IMG/VR virus record: IMGVR_UViG_3300027255_000165
Source: a virus
Taxonomy: Duplodnaviria > Caudoviricetes
Strand: one strand, 5' to 3'
DNA length: 64,000 nt
How positions within the stretch are numbered: the stretch's first letter is position 1; each line of letters opens with the position of its first letter. The translations under genes were made by a program, and so were the position numbers. This document shows positions 17,369-25,361 of the stretch, in pieces. The notes under the pieces are model-generated. The model worked only from the letters and a program-made list of their open reading frames with translations, did no database searches and was not told the origin of the DNA.

Positions 17369-17645
17369 CGTCTTCCTTTTTAAGATCTTCTAACTTCTTT
17401 TTCTCGGCTTCAACTTTATTTTCTAAGTCTTCAACTGTTGTTCCATTAAAAAGGGTTAGAATGACTGAATAGATTACCAATGGCCAAACCAAAATCATGT
17501 ATAGTCTTTCAGCCGTAGTGTATCGATTCTTTTCGTAGGTTTCTTCATCAACTACATTGCGAATGTTGTAATGCATTAGATCCATCAATAGTGAAAAGAA
17601 GATGCCTAGGCCAAGGTAGATTTGTGCGTATGTTAGAATACTCAT
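17349..17645 (-). CDS. Small membrane protein
   Basis: Two hydrophobic segments (IYLGLGIFFSLLM and LYMILVWPLVIYSVILTLF). Confidence 0.6.
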   Translation of the reverse strand: MSILTYAQIYLGLGIFFSLLMDLMHYNIRNVVDEETYEKNRYTTAERLYMILVWPLVIYSVILTLFNGTTVEDLENKVEAEKKKLEDLKKEDDAENQA

Positions 17646-17658
17646 AGAATAGAGATAA

Positions 17659-17683
17659 GAAGAGCGGCACTAGGCCGCTCTTC
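17659..17683 (-). terminator. Stem-loop, probable terminator after the DUF932-like gene
   Basis: GAAGAGCGGC-5nt-GCCGCTCTTC perfect 10-bp stem; the T-tract is weak. Confidence 0.65.
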
Positions 17684-17691
17684 AATTAGAA

Positions 17692-18825
17692 TTAGTTGAG
17701 CAATTCTCCAACTTGGGTTCCAAAACCGGAGAAGGGAGATCGAACCTGATTGCCAAGGTTCCAATCTTTACCAAGAATGTTACCGGCTTGAACCATCAAG
17801 CGAGTACCATCGTGTGCTTGTACACCTTCAACGATGTCTTGACCGTGAGTTGCAAAGTGAGTGACTCCGTTAACGATAGACCAGATAGATTGGTCAGTTG
17901 TTGCGTTAGCAAGTTCTTTAGAGTTCAACTCGCTAGTTGAAACTCCAGCACGAGAGTAAGCTAATTCATTTTGTGCCAAAGGAATCCAGTTGTCTGCACG
18001 ATCACCTGCACCTGCATCTTTAATCAACTTGTGAGCCCATTGCATTTCCTTCAAAGAAGCTGCAGTGTTCTTGGCCTTCTTAACCAATGAGTCAAACTCA
18101 GTTGGCATGAATTGGCGCTTAGCAAGATCACGAAGGTACTCGTTGAACTTTTCCATTGAATCAGCTGTCAATGAAGTCAAGTTGTAAGTGTCAGCTGCCA
18201 TTGAGGTGGTCAAGCCATTAGTACACCACATACGATTTACGTAAGGAGATACTTGAAAACCCGTGATAGGTGAGTTCTTAAGAGTGATACCCGCTTGGAA
18301 CACTTCTGTTTCATCACCAGGAACAGCCCATGAAGCATTAGGATTGAATGCATTGATGGTAATGATACCAGTTCCAGGATCAGTTGTCCAGTTTACTACT
18401 CCAAACTTACCGCGATCAATGATCTCTTCTGCATTCTCAATGAACTGAGAGTTTGAGATCAACTCGTTAGAATGTTTGGTAAAGTTGACAATCAACTTAG
18501 AAACTGGATTCAAAACCAAAGTGATTTGGCTTAAGTTACCGCGGTTAGAAGCCATAGCGTTCTTAACCGTGTTGATGAATTGAGCTTTAGCTTCAGCATT
18601 GAACAGTCGTTCAAAGCGATCAGCAAATTGCTTGCTCATTCCAATGATTTTCATCAAGGACTTGAAAGCACCATTAGTGATTCCAATGCGGTGACCTTGA
18701 TACTCGATCGTCTTTTCGTCGATCAATTTGATGTCTCGAACTGGCACAGTCTTACGAAGAGCTTGTGCATTCAGTGATTCCTCTTTCCGCGTGAGGATTG
18801 CGTCGTTAGATAGTGTTGCTACCAT
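17692..18825 (-). CDS. DUF932-like domain protein
   Basis: 377 aa with an RMWCTNG motif (R.xC.NG hallmark of DUF932). Confidence 0.6.
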   Translation of the reverse strand: MVATLSNDAILTRKEESLNAQALRKTVPVRDIKLIDEKTIEYQGHRIGITNGAFKSLMKIIGMSKQFADRFERLFNAEAKAQFINTVKNAMASNRGNLSQITLVLNPVSKLIVNFTKHSNELISNSQFIENAEEIIDRGKFGVVNWTTDPGTGIITINAFNPNASWAVPGDETEVFQAGITLKNSPITGFQVSPYVNRMWCTNGLTTSMAADTYNLTSLTADSMEKFNEYLRDLAKRQFMPTEFDSLVKKAKNTAASLKEMQWAHKLIKDAGAGDRADNWIPLAQNELAYSRAGVSTSELNSKELANATTDQSIWSIVNGVTHFATHGQDIVEGVQAHDGTRLMVQAGNILGKDWNLGNQVRSPFSGFGTQVGELLN

Positions 18826-18856
18826 GGTTTTAATTTATTTTAGGTTTAGATTATAT

Positions 18857-19063
18857 TTATTTACTTGATTTTGTTTCAAAAGACATTGTGAGAGACGCGA
18901 TACCGACCATTCCAAGAAGGGCGGCGGTAAAGAGTTCGTTAATGGGGTCAGCGAAGTGAATGAATTCCTGAACGGAACCTTTCATTAAGCCAGCTACGAT
19001 CAGAAAACTGAGAGCTGAAACGGCGAGAGATTTGAGATTTACTTTCATAGTGTCTATTACCAA
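18857..19063 (-). CDS. Small two-TM membrane protein
   Basis: 68 aa with two hydrophobic helices; the likely start is MKVNLK. Confidence 0.55.
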   Translation of the reverse strand: MVIDTMKVNLKSLAVSALSFLIVAGLMKGSVQEFIHFADPINELFTAALLGMVGIASLTMSFETKSSK

Positions 19064-19075
19064 TTGTTATAAGTA

Positions 19076-19135
19076 AATATAACCAATAAATCTGACCCGA
19101 AAAAACTTTTTGTGAAAAAAGTGCAACTTTTTTTC
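19076..19135 (-). promoter_or_regulatory. Putative early, host-RNAP promoter with upstream A/T tracts
   Basis: Minus strand AAAAAAAGTTGCACTTTTTTCACAAAAAGTTTTTTCGGGTCAGATTTATTGGTTATATTTAC. TATATTTA resembles the Bacteroidota -7 box TAnnTTTG. The core is nearly duplicated at 29062-29090. Confidence 0.55.
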
Positions 19136-19177
19136 GAATAGATAGCTCATAAACCCAAATAACACACTTATGTAGAA

Positions 19178-19321
19178 ATGGCAAAAGCAAGTGCATCAGT
19201 AATGTCTCTTGACAAACCTAAAAGAAAGAGACCGGGCGTTCACGCTAAAAAGAAGAACTCTGTTCACAAGACGGGTAAAAACTACAAGAAGAAGAACAGA
19301 GGCCAAGGTGGTCGTCGCTAA
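19178..19321 (+). CDS. Small highly basic protein (47 aa), the only plus-strand gene found
   Basis: Translated by hand: MAKASASVMSLDKPKRKRPGVHAKKKNSVHKTGKNYKKKNRGQGGRR. Sits in an otherwise empty gap and converges on the thyA terminator. Confidence 0.7.
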   Translation: MAKASASVMSLDKPKRKRPGVHAKKKNSVHKTGKNYKKKNRGQGGRR

Positions 19322-19330
19322 GCCCTAAAA

Positions 19331-19350
19331 AAGCCTGATCTCTCAGGCTT
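19331..19350 (-). terminator. Terminator after thyA, between convergent genes
   Basis: AAGCCTGA-4nt-TCAGGCTT with a T-run on the minus strand. Confidence 0.75.
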
Positions 19351-19366
19351 ATTCTAGTGTGTTAAG

Positions 19367-20419
19367 TTAATTACTTAACGGTGCTTTGATTTGCTCATGA
19401 CATTGATATTCGAACAATCGAATATGGTCATGTGTCAAATCCTCTATTTTGCCAGAGATTGGCATGTCAACTGTGACGTATGGTAAGTCAAATGGCTCAC
19501 GTCTAATTTGCTGACTTGCCTGTGAAAGGTGATTGAGATACAAATGAGTATCTCCCAAACTTCCAATCAATTCATCTGGGATCATGTTAACGGCCTTACC
19601 AAGGATGGTAAGTAGAAGTCCGTACGACGCGATATTAAATGGTAGACCCAAGAACGTGTCAACTGAGCGTTGATTCCACATCAATGAAATCTTACGGCGA
19701 GGAAAATCTCTTTCATCAAGATCTTCATGTTCTAGGTTAACTGCATAATAATCATTGTGCCCGATTGATTCAGCCCAGCGCGATCTACGCTCTTTAATAC
19801 TCATTTCGGTGGTGTAAACTTGAAACCCATAGTGACACGGTGGAAGAACCATATTAGGCAACTGCTCAACGTTCCATGCATTAACCATCAATCTGCGAGA
19901 ATCTGGATTAGTCTTCAAGTCGTCAATCAACTGTTGGATCTGATCTATGCCTGGTTTTCTTTTGGTTTGAGTGCCTAAAATGTAATTGGTTTCATATTGA
20001 CTGCCCCATTCACGCCACTGATTACCATAGATTGGTCCTAACTCACCGTTTATTTCAGCAAATTGTTCATTGGTTTTGATAAGTTCAATGAACTCATCCA
20101 TAGACATTTGATTATTAGTCCTACTTTTGTATGCTTTATATGCATCACCGTTCCAAATGTTGCACCCATTTTCAACGAGGAACTTGATGTTAGTATCTCC
20201 CCGAAGGAACCATAGCAGTTCAGTCACCATTGTTTTCCACGCCATCTTTTTAGTGGTCAACAATGGAAATCCAGTTCGCATGTCGTGGCGAACCTGCCTT
20301 CCAAACAAGCTCTTTGTTCCAGTGCCGGTTCTGTCTTCTTTGATCTTACCGTTTTGAACGATATCGCTCAACAGTTTTTGATAGTCTAAATCTAACCAAT
20401 TTGTCATCATTTTACCCAA
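19367..20419 (-). CDS. thyA: Thymidylate synthase ThyA
   Basis: DRTGTGT, ELLWFLRG, GPIYG.QWR, SRR, catalytic LPPCH, QRSVD and PFNIASY (Asn specifies dUMP). The true start may be the ATG at 20410 or 20407. Confidence 0.95.
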   Translation of the reverse strand: MGKMMTNWLDLDYQKLLSDIVQNGKIKEDRTGTGTKSLFGRQVRHDMRTGFPLLTTKKMAWKTMVTELLWFLRGDTNIKFLVENGCNIWNGDAYKAYKSRTNNQMSMDEFIELIKTNEQFAEINGELGPIYGNQWREWGSQYETNYILGTQTKRKPGIDQIQQLIDDLKTNPDSRRLMVNAWNVEQLPNMVLPPCHYGFQVYTTEMSIKERRSRWAESIGHNDYYAVNLEHEDLDERDFPRRKISLMWNQRSVDTFLGLPFNIASYGLLLTILGKAVNMIPDELIGSLGDTHLYLNHLSQASQQIRREPFDLPYVTVDMPISGKIEDLTHDHIRLFEYQCHEQIKAPLSN

Positions 20420-20559
20420 TCTTGAAATGCTAGTTCGTACGATTCAACTCTTTCGATTCCTTCTTCCATGAATTTTTTAGCGGTTTCAATCACCTCTAGA
20501 CGAAGGCCGTATGCATCAGCCTCCATTAGAATTTCTTCAATTTGATTTTCAGCACCCAT
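20407..20559 (-). CDS. Small hypothetical protein (50 aa, MGAENQIEEILMEADAYGLRLEVIETAKKFMEEG...)
   Basis: Translated by hand; both ends overlap the neighbouring start and stop codons. Confidence 0.6.
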   Translation of the reverse strand: MGAENQIEEILMEADAYGLRLEVIETAKKFMEEGIERVESYELAFQDWVK

Positions 20560-20771
20560 TAACTTAAAAGTTTTTTTGCGGTTGAAAGTTCAGCCATCAA
20601 CGTATACATGTGCCATTCATGGTCATAGTTTTCGTCTTCTTTAACAAAAGATAATTCCATGTCAATATATTGTTGCATCACGGACTCTGCAACCGCCAAT
20701 TGAGTCATGTTTTCACATGACCGAATAGTGTTCAGGGCCTTTAAAAAATAGAGTTGTTGATTGACTGCCAT
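20559..20771 (-). CDS. Hypothetical protein
   Basis: 70-aa ORF downstream of an AAAC-N17-TATA motif. Confidence 0.55.
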   Translation of the reverse strand: MAVNQQLYFLKALNTIRSCENMTQLAVAESVMQQYIDMELSFVKEDENYDHEWHMYTLMAELSTAKKLLS

Positions 20772-20806
20772 GTAATTTATATCGCAGTCGTGAGGAAAGT
20801 TTCAGA

Positions 20807-21367
20807 TTAATTGTTAGCAATGCCAATAATTTGACGAACCTTGCTAAGCATATTTCCTTTTTCGATCATTTCTTGATCTGGAATGGGAACTGAGCCCTTT
20901 TCATAATCTCCACCGCCAACAGATTCTTCTTCTGGTTGATCAGGTGAAAATGCCTTTAATTGTTTTTCAACAATGAATTCCTCCATTGTCATTAAGAGTT
21001 TACGTCTCTTTTTCTTTTTCTTACGATACTCTTCCTTAGCATCGCCTTGGCCGGCAGGTACATCTCCTGAACCATCGGAGCCGGCATCGGGTAAAACAGG
21101 GTCTCCCATCCCACCCAACATACCTGGACCAAGATTCGATAAAGACGCTCCACCCAACGTGCTGAACATCGTATCTTCCTTAACCTCTGGAAGACCTTCA
21201 TGGCTTGTTTCTGCAAAATCTTTAAGTTGTTTAAGTGTCATACTGTCTACTAGATCTGACACCTTATTTCTGTAAGTCGCGTCAACGTCTGAAAGTTGCA
21301 TATCGCCCTTCTTGACGGCGTATGCAACTCCCATTAAACGTTGTTGTGATTTACTAGTGCTTGGCAT
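20807..21367 (-). CDS. DUF3008-like N-terminal domain protein with a low-complexity linker
   Basis: MPSTSKSQQRLMGVAYAVKKG...LKDFAETSHEGLPE matches the DUF3008 pattern. Internal LMTMEEFIVE motif. Confidence 0.65.
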   Translation of the reverse strand: MPSTSKSQQRLMGVAYAVKKGDMQLSDVDATYRNKVSDLVDSMTLKQLKDFAETSHEGLPEVKEDTMFSTLGGASLSNLGPGMLGGMGDPVLPDAGSDGSGDVPAGQGDAKEEYRKKKKKRRKLLMTMEEFIVEKQLKAFSPDQPEEESVGGGDYEKGSVPIPDQEMIEKGNMLSKVRQIIGIANN

Positions 21368-21393
21368 TTTAATAGCTCTATATTGTTTAGAGA

Positions 21394-22086
21394 TTAGACT
21401 CTAACGCCAGCAACTTTTGCCAATTCTCTTAACTTAGCTTGAGCTTGTTGAAATTTAGAAAATACTTCGTCGTATGTCTTTTTACGAGCTGCAACTTCAT
21501 CGCAACCCTTTTTAAGATCTTTACAAGTCTCTTTTACACCTTGTAATGCTGATCCTGCTTTCATAAAAGCTTTTCTTGATGATTTATATTCACCTTTAGC
21601 AAAAGAATATAGCGCTAACATATCCGATGACATTTTATCCTCTAACTTATCGCATTTAGCAATCACCTTTTCTGCAACTGCATCTGCTTTCGTCTCCTCT
21701 GCTTCGTCTCTCTCTTTCAAAGATTTCATCAAATTTTTCTTATCTGATGGAACGTGTTGCAACATTGCAGACCATTTAGAAGATTGATAACTCAATTCTC
21801 CAATAATTTGAATTGTTTTTGCAACAACTGGTCTAACTTTCTCTTGATCTTTGTCTTTATCACCACCTTTAAGCTTTTCTAATTCAGCTTCTAGATCTAG
21901 TTTGTTACCGTCTAGATCATTTAGGCGAAGTTCAGCCTCATCTTCATCAAAGTCGCCATTGTCCATAGCGTCTTGAACATCTTCCATTTCTTTTTCGATG
22001 TCCTGCAATTCTGCTTGAATCTCTTTAATTCTCTTCTCGTTAGAAGCTTCGAAGATGAATTGTTCAAATAGTTTTACGTGTTTCAT
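21394..22086 (-). CDS. Putative internal head protein, coiled-coil
   Basis: N-terminus MKHVKLFEQFIFE (CTS-like); TATAAATA immediately precedes the ATG. Confidence 0.6.
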   Translation of the reverse strand: MKHVKLFEQFIFEASNEKRIKEIQAELQDIEKEMEDVQDAMDNGDFDEDEAELRLNDLDGNKLDLEAELEKLKGGDKDKDQEKVRPVVAKTIQIIGELSYQSSKWSAMLQHVPSDKKNLMKSLKERDEAEETKADAVAEKVIAKCDKLEDKMSSDMLALYSFAKGEYKSSRKAFMKAGSALQGVKETCKDLKKGCDEVAARKKTYDEVFSKFQQAQAKLRELAKVAGVRV

Positions 22087-22124
22087 TATTTATAGATATG
22101 TTTAATCTTTAGTTGGTTTAATGA

Positions 22125-23132
22125 TTACCAAGCGTAATCCATGTCATTTACTTTTTTAACCTTGTCTTTAATGCTCTTAGCGTAGGTAGAAGCTTCTCTT
22201 GTGTAGTATTTACTACCTTCAGGATTTTTAGCATCGTTAGTGTATCTAACATAACTTTGATACATGTCAAGTATATTAGAAATAACGTTAGCGGCATCTC
22301 TCATAGAGATTTCGCGACCTTTCTTGTCGGTGCCAATGATCATTGACTCGTATCTACCCGCAGTCTTATTCTTAAGAGCGCTTTGAATATGTCCAGTTAC
22401 AGTTTCAATTGCCTTTTCAACCATACCGTCAATATCATCGCTGGCTGCTCTAGTTGCAAGAATCATTTTGTATCTGTTCATGTTCTCCTGTTTGAATTCC
22501 TTATCTGTCATGAATGCTGTTGCGCCTGCTTTAGCAGCTGATCTGCTAGCTTTTTGATCTGCAGCGCTTGGAAGAATAGATGGATCAAACATTAGAACTC
22601 TATCTGAAACCTCAGAAATTCTCTTGATGTTTGATAGACCTGAAGCACCATAACCAGAATGTTGCTTGTCAATGCCTATAGATGAAGCTTCTTTACCGTA
22701 TTTACCGGCATTCTTTAGTTTTGGTTCGTAAGGAGCTGATCTATTCCATCCTCTAGTGTAATCCATTGCAAACATTTCATTTTTACCATTTGCAATGGCC
22801 AAAAGAGTGTTACCTGGAATAGTACCGTAACCGGTGTATTTAGATTGACTGTGATCAGCGTATGGGTTTCCTTTCTCATTATCGGAGATATAGAAAAAGA
22901 TAGCGTTAGGGTGAGCTTTGGTCTTATAAGCCTCAGCTGGGTGTAGTTCAACCACTTGATCGTCAGTAATTTCATCTAGCTTAACCTTAGTGAAATTATA
23001 AACTGCTTTCATTATGTCCTTCCTAGCCGAAGATAGGCCAAGAATAGAAGCCAACTTTGAAGACTTGAATGCTTCGTTAACCTCTAATGACTCATTAACA
23101 AAGCTTTCGAATGTTGTGTGAATCTTATTCAT
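22125..23132 (-). CDS. Putative internal head protein
   Basis: N-terminus MNKIHTTFESFVNESLEVNEA. Confidence 0.55.
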   Translation of the reverse strand: MNKIHTTFESFVNESLEVNEAFKSSKLASILGLSSARKDIMKAVYNFTKVKLDEITDDQVVELHPAEAYKTKAHPNAIFFYISDNEKGNPYADHSQSKYTGYGTIPGNTLLAIANGKNEMFAMDYTRGWNRSAPYEPKLKNAGKYGKEASSIGIDKQHSGYGASGLSNIKRISEVSDRVLMFDPSILPSAADQKASRSAAKAGATAFMTDKEFKQENMNRYKMILATRAASDDIDGMVEKAIETVTGHIQSALKNKTAGRYESMIIGTDKKGREISMRDAANVISNILDMYQSYVRYTNDAKNPEGSKYYTREASTYAKSIKDKVKKVNDMDYAW

Positions 23133-24144
23133 TTTCGTTTACTGTTTTAATTTTAGATAGGATTCTCTGGCCGTACTTCGACAGTGAGATACCATCTTCT
23201 GAAACGTTGAAGTAGTGACGATTTGATTTCGCCCATCTTCTAGAAGCAGTAGAGAATTCCTTAATGATTGTTTCAAATTCTTCAGTCGTTACTTTACCGT
23301 CTGCAATTGCTTCGATGATCTTGTCTCTGACTGGACCAAACTTAGATACTGTGATCTGTGGATAGTTGTCAGTGTAACGTCTTTTTAGAGTGATTTTACC
23401 TTCGGTGATTTGTTCACCTTCTAGGATTACGATAGATGTAAGGCCACCCTTTGTGAATGAATCAACGTCCATTTTGAACTCGTGACCCATGATTTCGCTA
23501 AACATCTTAATCATGCCATAACCTTCAAGGGAAGATGGAGACATGTACGATGACATGTTCATTTGGAAACCACCTTTAACTTTAGAGATTCTTTTCAGAG
23601 CTTTATCAAAGCCAACCTCACTGAACACTTGTTGCATCGCATATCTGATGTCTTCCATGTTGTAACCTTTAGCTTCGTCAATTTCGCCTTCAATCTCAAC
23701 TTCGTTTTCTAGAGATTCTGGTACGCCCATTGCAAATTTGCTTAGATCTGGTTCGTAGTCCATACCAAAGCCGTATCTTACGTAATTAGCGCCTTGAGTA
23801 TCAACGAAAACACATTGACCGTAGTAGTCCTTAAGTTCACCTTGTTCGTGATTCAACCAAAGAATAAAGATCGTTTCAGTAGGTGTGTTTGCAAAATTAG
23901 CATAGATTCCTTTTGGTGCCATTTTACCCCAAACATCCTTAGATGTATAAACTGGAATGTGGGTTAGGTCTAGTTCTTTTTGCTGTGCGTCTTTCAGCTG
24001 AACAGCGTTTGAACCAAAAAGATCAGATGTGTAAGCTGGCTTTCTCTCAATGTTTCTACCACCATAAGTTTTGAACAGGGTATAAGCCTGATCTTCGTTG
24101 TAGAATTCATTTAAGAATGTTCCAAATGACTCAAATACTCTCAT
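23125..24144 (-). CDS. Putative internal head protein, modular
   Basis: N-terminus MRVFESFGTFLNE. Internal acidic junctions IDE/A and ITE/G precede distinct modules. Confidence 0.55.
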   Translation of the reverse strand: MRVFESFGTFLNEFYNEDQAYTLFKTYGGRNIERKPAYTSDLFGSNAVQLKDAQQKELDLTHIPVYTSKDVWGKMAPKGIYANFANTPTETIFILWLNHEQGELKDYYGQCVFVDTQGANYVRYGFGMDYEPDLSKFAMGVPESLENEVEIEGEIDEAKGYNMEDIRYAMQQVFSEVGFDKALKRISKVKGGFQMNMSSYMSPSSLEGYGMIKMFSEIMGHEFKMDVDSFTKGGLTSIVILEGEQITEGKITLKRRYTDNYPQITVSKFGPVRDKIIEAIADGKVTTEEFETIIKEFSTASRRWAKSNRHYFNVSEDGISLSKYGQRILSKIKTVNENE

Positions 24145-24182
24145 TTTTAAGTGTTGTCTTTTTTAATATCTTATTTTATATA

Positions 24183-25361
24183 TTACGCATCTTCTCTTAC
24201 TCTTAGTAGGGCTCCTGACATACCAAAGATGGCTTCTTTACCAGCTCCGTATTGTGATGCAATATCGGTTCCTTGAACCTTCTTCAACCCTGAAGTAATG
24301 TTCATTGCCTCTTTTCTAAAGACAACGAATTTCATTTTAGCGTATTTCTTTTCAACATTTGCAAGACCATCATTGATGTCTTTAACTAGCGATTCAACGC
24401 CTGCTCTAACATATTCGTTCTTTGCAAGCATTCTGTATAGTGCTTCTTCGTTTGAAACGTCAGCCATATTAACTTGCTTAATGATCTTAAATTTACCTGC
24501 TTTAATATCTGCTTCCTTTGCGGGTTCGATAATAAAAGACATGTTTGGATTACCGGGTGAAGTTGATTTCACCTCAATGATATCGTATCCTGTAGACCTA
24601 TTCGCTAATTGCTCTTTTGCAATCTTAATGAAATCAATCACAGAGCTAATAAGTTCTTTTGATACTTCACCTCTAGAAAAATCAGAAGCTGCTGATTTAC
24701 CTTCACCTCTTGAATTTACGGTCGCAGCTGCATTGAAGATTTCAGGGTGCATATCTTTTAGACCTGGAATTGCAACAATCTCTTCTGTGATTTCGGCAAC
24801 GTGTCTCATTTTTCTCAACCATACGAATTGAGAAGCTGCACCTGCATTACCCAATCTGAATGGAGAATGAGAGTCAGCGTATGACTTAACTTCGTATTGT
24901 CCTTTTTCATTGTGTGTTACGTCAAAGGATTCTCCGCCGCCTGAGATTCTAACACCATCAACCACCCAAGCCAACCACAATTCACCAGGACCAATACCCT
25001 TTGATTGCGTATTGAATAGACCATTTGAGAACGAAGATGAATTAACTTCTTTAAGATAGTTAGGCTGTAGGGCCTCAAGGCTCGAATACTTTCCAAGTCC
25101 TTCAACGAAGATTGCAAGATCCTTACCTGACAGGGAATTAAGTGTCTTAATCATGTCGGCAAAAGGTGAACCTCCTGTCCTTTGTAGGTTTTGAAGGTAC
25201 TTATCAAATTGTGCCTTCTTAGAAGAAACCGCTTTAGTAAGAGCAGGGTTCTTAATTCCGTATGCTGTGTATTCTTCAGTCTCGTTGATCAGCTGAAGTT
25301 CTCTTGCAAAATTAGATCTAATTAAATTACTCATTGCTAAACTTGTTGATGAACTGTTCAA
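24183..25361 (-). CDS. Hypothetical protein with a PD-(D/E)xK nuclease-like motif
   Basis: GIGPGELWL...GGGESFDV-x7-YEVKSY; the likely start is Met10. Confidence 0.5.
   Translation of the reverse strand: MNSSSTSLAMSNLIRSNFARELQLINETEEYTAYGIKNPALTKAVSSKKAQFDKYLQNLQRTGGSPFADMIKTLNSLSGKDLAIFVEGLGKYSSLEALQPNYLKEVNSSSFSNGLFNTQSKGIGPGELWLAWVVDGVRISGGGESFDVTHNEKGQYEVKSYADSHSPFRLGNAGAASQFVWLRKMRHVAEITEEIVAIPGLKDMHPEIFNAAATVNSRGEGKSAASDFSRGEVSKELISSVIDFIKIAKEQLANRSTGYDIIEVKSTSPGNPNMSFIIEPAKEADIKAGKFKIIKQVNMADVSNEEALYRMLAKNEYVRAGVESLVKDINDGLANVEKKYAKMKFVVFRKEAMNITSGLKKVQGTDIASQYGAGKEAIFGMSGALLRVREDA

Noticed and set aside
19367-20419. dCMP hydroxymethylase (gp42) identity for the thymidylate synthase homolog
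   Set aside because: It has canonical ThyA motifs, including PFNIASY with Asn (dUMP-specific). Cytosine-modifying homologs have Asp there.
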